Source: an uncultured archaeon (lineage in GTDB: Archaea > Aenigmatarchaeota > Aenigmatarchaeia > QMZP01 > QMZT01). Taken from it: a stretch of 64,000 bases of DNA. Below are positions 18,642-27,878 of this stretch, piece after piece. The notes beneath the pieces are model-generated. The model saw only the letters and a program-made list of their open reading frames with translations, did no database searches and was not told the DNA's origin. How positions within the stretch are numbered: the stretch's first letter is position 1; each line of letters begins with the position of its first letter. The stretch lies in the NCBI GenBank assembly GCA_964346665.1, contig CAYFVC010000026.1, positions 18,197 through 82,196 of the forward strand, written 5' to 3'. Made by a program: the position numbers and the translations under genes.

Positions 18642-19139
18642 TCACTCAACTTCCAATGAGCCCATGCTGTATATCTCCTTTATCACGGCTATGAACCTTT
18701 CAGCCATTTGTTTACAACGTTCTACCATGCTTTGCCGTACGGTGTTGTAAAACAAATGCCAGTACACCCACCACATGAACATTACAAAGCGATTACCTTC
18801 GAATTCGTGCCTCACGGTTGGCTCGACTTCTAGTCTGAAAGTCCCTTCGTTTTTCGCTTTTGCCTTGAAACCGACCATGCGGACCGAAAGTATTATTTTC
18901 GCGAATCTTCCTGATGTCTTATCGTGCATGGCCATCCTGTGGTAATACATCTGTATGGGATCGCCAGTCCAGTCCCACATCCATCTCGGCTCGCCAGTAC
19001 TCGTTGTGGTGACCTCCCAGACCGAACGAAGGATAGCGGTCGCCTCTCTTGTCCAGGCAAGCGGGTCAGGTCCTGAATAATTTATCCACCTGCTCCTTCT
19101 AGGAGCGAAACAGTCGTCATCTATCTGAAACTTCCCCAT
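18642..19139 (-). CDS. Hypothetical protein, paralogue A of a tandem pair
   Basis: Co-linear motifs shared with the adjacent ORF: I.DDCF.PRR.RWINYSGPDP here versus IQEDCYRERPERVTINYVGPSP; a W/Y-rich middle; a helical C-terminus containing Cys. Confidence 0.5.
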   Translation of the reverse strand: MGKFQIDDDCFAPRRSRWINYSGPDPLAWTREATAILRSVWEVTTTSTGEPRWMWDWTGDPIQMYYHRMAMHDKTSGRFAKIILSVRMVGFKAKAKNEGTFRLEVEPTVRHEFEGNRFVMFMWWVYWHLFYNTVRQSMVERCKQMAERFIAVIKEIYSMGSLEVE

Positions 19140-19154
19140 TTTTCCACCTTAGAA

Positions 19155-19673
19155 CTACCCGCTCTCTTCTCTGAGCTGCCTCAAGAATTCATGGATATTT
19201 CTGGTGAATATTGAAACCATGTTCCTACAGTCTTCTGTGTATTCCTCCCTTTTCCTGTAGTAAAATGACCTGTGCCAAAAAACCCTTAGCATTTCATAGA
19301 ATAGGGATCGCTGCCATACGGTGTCTTGTGGGTATTCTGTTCTCATAACCGGCTTTATATTGATCTCAGCCTTCCCTGATTTCTCATCCCCGTAACCGGA
19401 AACATCAACCCTTATGTAGAGATACGTATAAACATCCATGTCTTTATGTAGATACCAACGAACCTTGAACTTCTCTTTTTCGCCTTTACCCCAGCTTAGC
19501 TTCTCCTCTTGGATATCTGAATCGGCCGCCCTGAATATCGCTTTTATCAGTTCATATACTTTGTAATAGAGCTTCGTCGGACTAGGTCCTACATAATTTA
19601 TGGTTACCCTCTCTGGTCTCTCCCTGTAACAATCCTCCTGTATGAGCATTTTAGTTCGGGCGAACTGCGGCAT
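19155..19673 (-). CDS. Hypothetical protein, paralogue B of a tandem pair
   Basis: See paralogue A; same strand, 15-nt spacer, 172 aa. Confidence 0.5.
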   Translation of the reverse strand: MPQFARTKMLIQEDCYRERPERVTINYVGPSPTKLYYKVYELIKAIFRAADSDIQEEKLSWGKGEKEKFKVRWYLHKDMDVYTYLYIRVDVSGYGDEKSGKAEINIKPVMRTEYPQDTVWQRSLFYEMLRVFWHRSFYYRKREEYTEDCRNMVSIFTRNIHEFLRQLREESG

Positions 19674-19736
19674 GCGAATCTCCTCTTTATATTTATATTT
19701 TCATTGCGAAATTATAAATTAGTATCTTAAGCACAA

Positions 19737-19949
19737 ATGGTGTTTTATATGCTTTGGTGGCTGGTTTTCAAAATACTGGGCGTCATAATGATATTCATCG
19801 GGGGTTTTCTAGTCATATTCTTCCCAGGGATAATACACCATCAGGAGACAGGGTCAAAAAGAGCTCCACAAACCAGTTTTGGTCTGGGTGGAATCGTCGT
19901 TGGATTGATACTGATAATAGTTGGTGGTTTCATTTTATTCAGTCCGTAA
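19737..19949 (+). CDS. Small two-TM membrane protein
   Basis: 70 aa with two hydrophobic helices separated by a charged loop; the alternative-frame ORF 19754..19954 is less protein-like. Confidence 0.35.
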   Translation: MVFYMLWWLVFKILGVIMIFIGGFLVIFFPGIIHHQETGSKRAPQTSFGLGGIVVGLILIIVGGFILFSP

Positions 19950-19998
19950 AATAAACCAAGGAAAAGGTATTTTTATCTTTTGGTCTCAATAATTAAAT

Positions 19999-21714
19999 AT
20001 GGCAGAAGTAGAAAAACCACTAGAAAGGTTTGAGGAGGAGGACAAGGAGAGGGAAAAGGAGGAAAAGGCTAGGGAGAAGTATGAAAGGAAAAAGGCTAAA
20101 TGGGAAGAAATACTCAAACCTTTTGATACGGTCATAGACTACTTCTTGGATCAGGCAAGGAATAAAGGGGGTATTTATGGAGAAGTTGTCATCAGCCCTG
20201 CTTTGCTAGACCAGATCGTAACCTTGAACCCTGTAACCCTTGAAGGACAGGCTGAGATAATCTACAACATCTTTATTTATAGAGTTGCGAAGTGGCATTA
20301 CAACGTTGAGAAAGCGGACGAGTATATAAAATTAACGCCGACCGCACCTCCTGCATTCGCCCCGCTGCTTTCGCAGAAGGAAAGGCTGGAAGGTTATATA
20401 AAGTCGGGTTTGGCTTCCGCAGCCCAGGCCGTCGCTGATTACGAACTTCTGAAGCACGACGAAAGGAAGTACAGGGAAATCCTGGATTATTTCAACATGG
20501 GCAAAAAGGACGAACACGTACTGAGGGCGTTATACGTGGACAGGGTTGATGCTTACACAGGTGAAGGATATTCGATGGTAACGATGGCGAAGCGCTGGCC
20601 AACAATAATTTCGGATTTCATAAAGATGAGGAGTGGATGGATGGATGTGGATACAATAAGGAAGAAATTGAAGGTTTCAAAGGCAGAGGCCGTCGTTTTG
20701 AAAACGAAGAATGAATTGTTCGTGGAATGGAAAAGGTTATTCTTCCCAGACGTAAGAGATCGCTACGTGAGGATAAAAAACCTCCTCGAATCCAGGAGGA
20801 GATCGATTCATGAATACAGGGAGTGGTTAAAACCTCATTTGAACAGGCTGAAGAGGATAAGGGAGCAGGCGGAAATAGCGGACGCTGCATCTGATCTCAC
20901 GGAGATCACAAAACTCATGTTCACCCCTCAGGGAGAGGTTGAAGCGAAACTCTGGTTCTGGAAGCCTATCAAACCGGAGGAGGTTGGAAAACCTGTGATG
21001 GTTTCCGGGTGGGGGGAGATTCCCTTATTCGATGACTGGGTGAAGGAGAAAATAATACTCCTGGAGGCAAAGTACGGCGTTGAACTTTCTGAAAATGAGA
21101 TAAAGAATTGTGTGAAAGGGCATAAATTGGGCGGGAAGCTTTACGGTAAACGCAGGGAAATCCTTGCTGTTCATCCGGGTCCTTACATAGATGAGAGATT
21201 CATTTATTATTTTTTCATAGACCTCGATTACGTATGTCAATACAAAAAGGGTTCAACAGGACCCATGGTAATCGAGGACCAGTACTGGCATTTCCACCCT
21301 TTCCTGGTTTCAAAGAACTTCCTGCTTTTGTCACTGCTGGAACTGGAGTACAAGAAAAAAAAGCTTAGGGAGGAGATAGAGAGATTGATAGGCGTCACAA
21401 CAGAGGAGGAGAAGATAGGGGAGGAGGTCAGAAGGAAATGGCCAAGGGAAGGTGAGAAGGAGAGAAAGGAGAGATCAAGAGAAAGGTGGAAGGAGTCTTT
21501 GAGTAAAACAAAGGCGAGCTGGATTAGAAGGAGGAGGAAGCTGAAAAATGTACTGAATCCTTTATTCAAATTTTTCATAAGGGCTGGCCCTTACGAGATC
21601 AATGTTGCTGAAAGGATCTCGAAAACTTATGGTTTATATTTCGGTGGCCAGGTCGCTGAACTCAGGGATCTTATAAAGGAGACTTCTTACAGGATAAGCG
21701 GGCAAAGGCCGTAG
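19999..21714 (+). CDS. Large hypothetical protein (571 aa) with K/E-rich coiled-coil-like N- and C-terminal segments
   Basis: Long ORF with good codon usage, charged coiled-coil-like N-terminus (EEDKEREKEEKAREKYERKKAKWEE) and a basic/acidic C-terminal segment; no family recognised. Confidence 0.5.
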   Translation: MAEVEKPLERFEEEDKEREKEEKAREKYERKKAKWEEILKPFDTVIDYFLDQARNKGGIYGEVVISPALLDQIVTLNPVTLEGQAEIIYNIFIYRVAKWHYNVEKADEYIKLTPTAPPAFAPLLSQKERLEGYIKSGLASAAQAVADYELLKHDERKYREILDYFNMGKKDEHVLRALYVDRVDAYTGEGYSMVTMAKRWPTIISDFIKMRSGWMDVDTIRKKLKVSKAEAVVLKTKNELFVEWKRLFFPDVRDRYVRIKNLLESRRRSIHEYREWLKPHLNRLKRIREQAEIADAASDLTEITKLMFTPQGEVEAKLWFWKPIKPEEVGKPVMVSGWGEIPLFDDWVKEKIILLEAKYGVELSENEIKNCVKGHKLGGKLYGKRREILAVHPGPYIDERFIYYFFIDLDYVCQYKKGSTGPMVIEDQYWHFHPFLVSKNFLLLSLLELEYKKKKLREEIERLIGVTTEEEKIGEEVRRKWPREGEKERKERSRERWKESLSKTKASWIRRRRKLKNVLNPLFKFFIRAGPYEINVAERISKTYGLYFGGQVAELRDLIKETSYRISGQRP

Positions 21715-21782
21715 ATCGGATGTTGCATACATAGTATGCAACGCAGGAAGTCATGTTTACACGTGTTGTAAGGTCGTTATAT

Positions 21783-23579
21783 ATGATAAAGGTTGGAATT
21801 ACAACCGGTTTGTATTACATTGCAAGGGCGGAGGAGCTGGCGACGTCCCTTAAGAAAATAGGTTACGGTCTGACGAGGGGGACGGATGCTATCGAAATCT
21901 CAGGGGATACGCCGCACGAAATCGATTACACCATCGGGAAGGAGATACGCCACCTAGCTGAAAAGCAGGGACTGGATCTGTGTTTCCATGGTTCTTTGAC
22001 AATCCCCATGGGTATTCCCGAGCGTTCTGACTGGAGGGACGGACAAGACCACATAGAAAAATCAATACGCTCCGCCGTCTTCTCCGGGTGCAAATACGTT
22101 TTGTTCCATGCGTGCCTGCACTTCTGGCTCGAGATGATAACGTACACATCGCAGAAGCTCGAAATCATCATGTGCGATCATGATGGGGATTTTGTTTCAG
22201 AGGTTTTCTACAATAATGAAAAACTCAGAGAATGGTTTCTGTGGAAAATGTGGGATTATGAGAGACCCTATCCACAGCAGATAGTGGACGAAGATGACTA
22301 TCAGGATGCCAACGGTAAGGCGCAAACAGAAAGGGAGATTATGTGGAGGAAATTGAAAGAGGAAAAGTGGAAAAAATATTTAATCTCAAAGGGCTATATT
22401 GATGAAAAGGGGAATCAAATAAAGCAGATGCCCCCGGATGTTAAGGAAAGAATAGAAGGAGAGATAGACAGGGAAGTATCAGAAGAGAGTGGGTTGTTTT
22501 TCTCAAAAAAAGTCAGGGAATACATGACGAAGTACGCAAGAAAGAAGATGCTACAGAAGGAGTATCCAAAAAGAAGGTGGAGGGTTGATTGCTACGGAAA
22601 ACTTACGGATGCTTACGAAATCATGGCGCATTACATGTTCTACAACAAAGACCCAATATGGGTTGCGATGTCAGAAGTTTACAAGGATGTGACCGCCCCA
22701 TACAAAATGGACTACAGTGATGATCGGTGGCTTGACAAAGCATATACAAGGGCACAGGAAACGAATGACAGGGAATTCAAAAGGTTTTATTATGCAGTTG
22801 TTGCGGCGAAATTCTTGGAAGGGCATATGAAATCGGCTTTGAAATTTATAAACGGTAAGTTGATAAAAGAACTGAAACAATATCCTGATTCTGACAAACT
22901 CATAGAGAATGCGAAGAACCTGAAAATAACGATCGAGATGCCCGATGCAAGGGATCCTAAATACGCTGGATTGTATTTGCTTTGGCATCCTAAACAGATA
23001 TACGCTGCAATAAAAACCATTCGAAATACTTTGAAAACAAATCGTATTTTTATGACTATCGATTGGGAACACATAGCAGGACAGGGTATTGACCCGCTGG
23101 TGGAGATAGATAATTTGGAGAAAATCGCTCCTGACTTTGGAAGATACGTTCTTTCCGTTCATTCCAACACCCCGAACCCTTTGCATGCACATTATCCGAT
23201 TGAACTCGGTGATATGGAGATATACAGGCTTAATTGGTTCTTGAGGAAAACGGGTTTTGGGAAACAGCCCGAATATAATGTTTACCTCTGGTTTGAAAGG
23301 GGTGGAGGGGACGATCCTTTCAGGCAGGCTGTTGATGCTTTAAAATTATGCGCGAAATTCCTTGAGCAGGATGTCCCTCCGGATGAACTGCCCAATGAGT
23401 ATTTCGGGATAAAGCATACAGGTATGGATTTTTGGAGGCAGGAACAGATAATGAGGGATCATAGATTCGAACCCTTAAAGGATTTGCTAGAGATACCTGA
23501 AGAGGAATGGGGTATGCTTTCGACTGCAGCCACTAAAAAGGGGAAAACCAAGGAGTTCAAGAAAGAGGAGATGAAATAA
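21783..23579 (+). CDS. Xylose-isomerase-like (AP-endonuclease-2 fold) TIM-barrel protein with an inserted domain of about 330 aa
   Basis: N-terminal barrel strands (MIKVGITTG..., ..DAIEISGDTPHEI.., ..LDLCFHGS.., ..KYVLFHAC..) and C-terminal strands (..ITIEMPDARDP.., ..FMTIDWEHIAGQG.., ..LSVHSNTP..LHAHYPIELGD.., ..LWFERGGGDDP..), separated by a long charged/aromatic insert. Confidence 0.5.
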   Translation: MIKVGITTGLYYIARAEELATSLKKIGYGLTRGTDAIEISGDTPHEIDYTIGKEIRHLAEKQGLDLCFHGSLTIPMGIPERSDWRDGQDHIEKSIRSAVFSGCKYVLFHACLHFWLEMITYTSQKLEIIMCDHDGDFVSEVFYNNEKLREWFLWKMWDYERPYPQQIVDEDDYQDANGKAQTEREIMWRKLKEEKWKKYLISKGYIDEKGNQIKQMPPDVKERIEGEIDREVSEESGLFFSKKVREYMTKYARKKMLQKEYPKRRWRVDCYGKLTDAYEIMAHYMFYNKDPIWVAMSEVYKDVTAPYKMDYSDDRWLDKAYTRAQETNDREFKRFYYAVVAAKFLEGHMKSALKFINGKLIKELKQYPDSDKLIENAKNLKITIEMPDARDPKYAGLYLLWHPKQIYAAIKTIRNTLKTNRIFMTIDWEHIAGQGIDPLVEIDNLEKIAPDFGRYVLSVHSNTPNPLHAHYPIELGDMEIYRLNWFLRKTGFGKQPEYNVYLWFERGGGDDPFRQAVDALKLCAKFLEQDVPPDELPNEYFGIKHTGMDFWRQEQIMRDHRFEPLKDLLEIPEEEWGMLSTAATKKGKTKEFKKEEMK

Positions 23580-23615
23580 AAATAGGTTTAAAAATAAAAA
23601 GAAACGCTTTCGCTT

Positions 23616-24410
23616 TTACTCCGCCCAAGCAATGTTGAAGAATGGTTCCACAAAGCTTCTTATTGCATGTTGTGATTGCGCCCAGAATGCAACGTCCTGT
23701 GTTTGATGAACTTTCTTGTCGTCAGTTAGGGCGAAAAGCATGTGCTTGTCATCGACTGTGTAAACCCTGTTCAAGGGTTTCTTGACGTTTTTCATGTCTG
23801 CTATCTCTGAAAACGCCTTTACAGGGCTCGTGTCGCTTAAGGGAGCGAGTATTCTAAGTTTCACGCCCCTCTTTGTGATCCTCTTGAGCGAATTGTAGTG
23901 GTTTGAGTAGAGTTCGTTCAAACCCCCTTCAGTTGTTATTATACGTATTTCCTTTGCTGCCTTCTTGAAAAGCGAGTTCAAATGCTGGTTTATCGAATGC
24001 CTTCCTTTCAAAGTTCCTGTCATCTCGAACGGTTGAACTAAGTTCAGCCCTTCCTTGTATATCGCTTCAAGTTCTGCCATAACGGGCGAGTTTTTCATGG
24101 AGTCTATCCTTTCTATCATTTCATCGTGCTTTTTCTTAAGATTTTCCTTTGTCCTCTCCATCGCGTCTTTGGGTGCGAGCGCAACGTATCTTATCGGTTT
24201 TGATGGTTGTACGACCACGAATCCTTTCTCTGCGAGGGATTCCAAAATATCATATGATCTGGATCTCGGAACGTTCGCTATCTGAGAAAGTTCGCCCGCT
24301 GTTGCTACGCCTCTTGCTAGCAAAGCCACAAATATCTTCCTTTCATACAGGTTTAAACCGATGCTCTTCAACGCATCCAACGTCTTTGTTGTTGCTACCA
24401 TTTTTTTCAC
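23616..24410 (-). CDS. trmB: TrmB-family transcriptional regulator
   Basis: N-terminal wHTH (..LYERKIFVALLARGVATAGELSQIANVPRSRSYDILESLAEKGFV..) plus a C-terminal effector-like domain, 264 aa. Confidence 0.7.
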   Translation of the reverse strand: MKKMVATTKTLDALKSIGLNLYERKIFVALLARGVATAGELSQIANVPRSRSYDILESLAEKGFVVVQPSKPIRYVALAPKDAMERTKENLKKKHDEMIERIDSMKNSPVMAELEAIYKEGLNLVQPFEMTGTLKGRHSINQHLNSLFKKAAKEIRIITTEGGLNELYSNHYNSLKRITKRGVKLRILAPLSDTSPVKAFSEIADMKNVKKPLNRVYTVDDKHMLFALTDDKKVHQTQDVAFWAQSQHAIRSFVEPFFNIAWAE

Positions 24411-24548
24411 CTAATTGATAGTTAATTACAATCTTGTCTTTATAAATATTATATTTGTCGGTTTGTGATGATATTAATTGGTCGAAAGCTTTATATATGT
24501 TTATTACTTAACAGTGAATATATTTAAAGGATAATTGTTCCCAAAAAA

Positions 24549-26258
24549 TCAGGTTTTTCTCCCTCTTTGTCGGTGATAAAGCTTCTCTATTCTTTCAACG
24601 TCATCCACATCTTTTGGGGATTTATCGAATCTTATCCTCAACAACCTCGGGAATCTCAAAGCGAAGCCTGATGAATAATTCGGGGATTTTTGAATCTCTT
24701 CATATGCGACTTCGACAACGACCTTCGGTTTTATCTTGACGGATTTGCCCTTTTCTTTTTCTATGAATGGTTTCAATTGTTTTGTTAGGTCTTCGAAAGT
24801 CACGCCTTCTCCCTTCTCCTTGATCCCTGTTCCCATCATTCCACATTCAAGGAATTCATCCCCTTTCTTGGAGGAGAGAACGAACGACCCAAACCAGCTC
24901 GCCCGCTTTCCAGTCCCCCATTCCGCCCCCGTTATAACCAAATCGAGGGTCTCCATTATCGGTTTAACTTTCAGCCAATACCCAACCCTTCTTCCAGGCT
25001 GGTATTTGGCATCGAGATTCTTAACGATTACGCCTTCCTGTTTCGCCTTCAAAGCTCGTTTGTAGAATTTTTCAGCTTTTTTCAGATCTTTGGTAACAAG
25101 CATTTCAGCCAATTGGAACTTCTTGGGTATGGGCTTCACTATTTTTTCAAGGATATTCCTTCTTCTTTCCAAAGGTTCCGAAAATAATTGCTTCCCGTTA
25201 TGGTAGACCACGTCAAAAAGGTTAACCTGTATTGGGATTTCTTTCGTAATCTTCTCGATGTCATACTTCCTCTTAATCCTTTGCGAAAGCATCTGAAAGG
25301 GTAAGGGACTTCGCGTTTTCGGGTTTATCCCGAGCATTTCCCCCTCGATTATGCACTCCTTTGCTTTAATCCCCTTTCTCGCGAGATCGAGAAGGTCAGG
25401 GAATTGTTTCGTGATGTTTTCGAGTCTTCTCGTATAGAACCAGAATTCATCGCCCTTTTTGTGTATGCACACGCGAGCTCCATCGTACTTGAATTCGAGC
25501 GAAGGCCTCTCGAACTTTTCAAGTGCTTCCTTTAGATCTTTCGCTTTCTCGGAGAGAAGAACATGATAAGGTTTGCCGATTTCTATCGAAACCTTTCGTA
25601 ACCCGTTCAAACCCTTTTCCTTCGCTATCCTCGCTATCTCGGAATAATCCGGTCTCAAAAACCACGCCCACTCTATAGTTTGGACGATTTCCTTCTTCTC
25701 TTCTCCTTCTTTCCCTGGAAAGAAAGCTTCAGCGATAGAATCACGTAAAACCCCCTCAGCAACACCTATCCTCAACTGCTCGAGGACCGTTCGAATGATG
25801 TACTTCGCCTCCTTCGGTTTTGCATGTGAAATCAGCTCTTTAACTAACGAAATCTTCACCTCTTGCGATCCTTTGCCTTCTACATACGCTAGCTTTCGTA
25901 GGTTTTCAAAGACTTTTTCTATCCCAAGTTCTTTCGAAATCAGGGTGGTCTGCTTCCTTTTTTTCATCAACTCTTCCACCGAGAGTCCGAGATCTCCTGT
26001 CTCCTTGAATTCCTTAATAACGTCTTTTTCAGCGAACCCCGTTGAGGAGGATATGACCTTCACCATCATTTTGTCCGCGACCCCTATCTCCCTTTCAGAA
26101 TATGAAGGGAAGACCCTTCCTTGGACTAGAAGTGTAACCTTCTCGAGAACAGAGGTTTCTGATTTTCTTAAGAAATCCGCTATCTTTTCGATCTTCTTCA
26201 ACCTCGATGAAGTTTGTTCCAGGTATTCGTAGAGATCGACCAGTTTCGAATATTTCAT
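24549..26258 (-). CDS. lig: ATP-dependent DNA ligase
   Basis: Adenylation motif I EFKYDGARV (KxDG), OB domain, about 570 aa, archaeal/eukaryotic ligase architecture. Confidence 0.9.
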   Translation of the reverse strand: MKYSKLVDLYEYLEQTSSRLKKIEKIADFLRKSETSVLEKVTLLVQGRVFPSYSEREIGVADKMMVKVISSSTGFAEKDVIKEFKETGDLGLSVEELMKKRKQTTLISKELGIEKVFENLRKLAYVEGKGSQEVKISLVKELISHAKPKEAKYIIRTVLEQLRIGVAEGVLRDSIAEAFFPGKEGEEKKEIVQTIEWAWFLRPDYSEIARIAKEKGLNGLRKVSIEIGKPYHVLLSEKAKDLKEALEKFERPSLEFKYDGARVCIHKKGDEFWFYTRRLENITKQFPDLLDLARKGIKAKECIIEGEMLGINPKTRSPLPFQMLSQRIKRKYDIEKITKEIPIQVNLFDVVYHNGKQLFSEPLERRRNILEKIVKPIPKKFQLAEMLVTKDLKKAEKFYKRALKAKQEGVIVKNLDAKYQPGRRVGYWLKVKPIMETLDLVITGAEWGTGKRASWFGSFVLSSKKGDEFLECGMMGTGIKEKGEGVTFEDLTKQLKPFIEKEKGKSVKIKPKVVVEVAYEEIQKSPNYSSGFALRFPRLLRIRFDKSPKDVDDVERIEKLYHRQRGRKT

Positions 26259-26366
26259 AATAGAATATTGGATTCGGAATTTTAATTTAAATCTTGGATT
26301 TTGGTGTAATAAGCGTTTATAAATTTAATATCTAATGGTCAATATCCGATAATTTAAGGTGATGGT

Positions 26367-26648
26367 ATGGTTAAAATCAAGGAAAAGAAAATAACCAAAA
26401 CTATTCGTAAAGACTATAGACACCAAATAGAAAACCCCGCAGAAAGTGGTACTCTTGCTCTTACTAAAACAGGTAATATAAGTTTAAGTGAGCTTTCTGC
26501 AGGCTTGGAAAAAGATAATCCTGGAGTTAAAAAAGTATATTTAGACAGAGTAGGCAGAAGGTATCAAAAATTGAAAATAGTATTTGAATTTGAAAAGGGC
26601 TACAAGGGAGAGTTTGATCTTTCATCAATAAAAGAATATGTAAAATAA
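26367..26648 (+). CDS. Small hypothetical protein, first gene of a pilus-like operon
   Basis: 93 aa, basic N-terminus; sits after a divergent AT-rich promoter region and 37 nt upstream of the pilin-like gene. Confidence 0.4.
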   Translation: MVKIKEKKITKTIRKDYRHQIENPAESGTLALTKTGNISLSELSAGLEKDNPGVKKVYLDRVGRRYQKLKIVFEFEKGYKGEFDLSSIKEYVK

Positions 26649-26684
26649 TCTCAATTTAATTAAATCCTCGTTCATATTATTTAT

Positions 26685-27878
26685 ATGAGGGGTCAGTTTT
26701 ATTCTGCCATAGCGATCGCAATCACCATACCCATTGTTTTATTCATCTCCTATTATGTCATGTCCCATGGAGGGGAGACCGGGATATACGAGAATATCGT
26801 TGCGGATCAGATACACCAAGTTGAAAGGAGCGTTGAAAAAGATTTCGGAAAAGCAATGGTAACGTCGGGGAAGCGAGCGTTAATAGCAGGAGATGATTAC
26901 GTTGTGATGAACGGGGAACCGATTAGTGATGCAATTTCCGGAATCAAAGAACTCATGGAAAACGGGACGGTAGAAGGGAATGAGAGCCTGCTAATGGTCA
27001 ACAACACCCTAATCAACTGGACGAATAAGATTCTTGATGTTCCTGTGAATTTTTATGTTAACATAAGTTTCGCAAATCTCGAAATTTCGAACTACAATTC
27101 ATTCAACATACACGCATCCGCCGATCTTAACGTTTCGGTTGCGGATGAGTTGGGGATCGCGAGAATTGATAAAAGGGATATGCATTACGAAACGTTGGTA
27201 CCTGTTAAGGGGGCGGAAGACCCCATATTCACCCTGAAAACAAACGGTGTTCTCACAAGAAGCATAAAGATTTCGCCATATCCGTACAGAGCTAAAAAAC
27301 TCGTGGAAGGCGGGGCGAATTCTTCTGGGAACTGTTCGGGTGAGGTAACATTCAACAAATCAGAATGCGATTCGAAAATATTGGTTGCTGAGAATATAAC
27401 AGGAGTGAGTTTCGGGTGTTTTTCGGGGTTCGTCATAGAGGATTCCGTTGATCTTAGCGGGAGTTCGGATTGCTATGTAACGGGGAACGGAAGCGCGATT
27501 GAGATAATAAGCCAGGCAATTTCAGAAACGAATTATGAAAAAGTCTATATCGACAGTGATACGAAATCTGTTTGGCACCTGCCCATACGGGAGGAAATCG
27601 ATAGTAAATATTATTTCCCCGGGAACGGGCCGAACTTCCTGAAAAGGTTGGAAGGCGATCTGAATTCCTCCTCCGATGGGATGGAAACATTCGTGAACCT
27701 CCCCGAATTCCAGAGCTATCAATTACCGATAAAGGAGGATGTGATTTCGCTTGCCTATATATATTTCAGAGACCAAGACTATATTGGGTATCCAGTAAGG
27801 GGCTTGCAAAGCTGGTTTAGGACAAACCAAACGTTTGCGGACAAATACGGTTTAACGGAATTGTGTGATGGATGTTGA
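26685..27878 (+). CDS. Large pilin-like protein with class III (type IV prepilin-like) signal peptide
   Basis: MRGQFYSAIAIAITIPIVLF: a K/R-G-Q then hydrophobic stretch typical of archaeal prepilin signals. The remainder is rich in N-x-S/T sequons and beta-like. Confidence 0.55.
   Translation: MRGQFYSAIAIAITIPIVLFISYYVMSHGGETGIYENIVADQIHQVERSVEKDFGKAMVTSGKRALIAGDDYVVMNGEPISDAISGIKELMENGTVEGNESLLMVNNTLINWTNKILDVPVNFYVNISFANLEISNYNSFNIHASADLNVSVADELGIARIDKRDMHYETLVPVKGAEDPIFTLKTNGVLTRSIKISPYPYRAKKLVEGGANSSGNCSGEVTFNKSECDSKILVAENITGVSFGCFSGFVIEDSVDLSGSSDCYVTGNGSAIEIISQAISETNYEKVYIDSDTKSVWHLPIREEIDSKYYFPGNGPNFLKRLEGDLNSSSDGMETFVNLPEFQSYQLPIKEDVISLAYIYFRDQDYIGYPVRGLQSWFRTNQTFADKYGLTELCDGC

Noticed and set aside
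21753-21782. Upstream ATG at 21753 for the TIM-barrel gene
   Set aside because: The conserved barrel begins at MIKVGITTG (21783); the preceding 10 residues (MFTRVVRSLY) overlap the palindromic spacer and are probably untranslated, though this cannot be settled from sequence alone.
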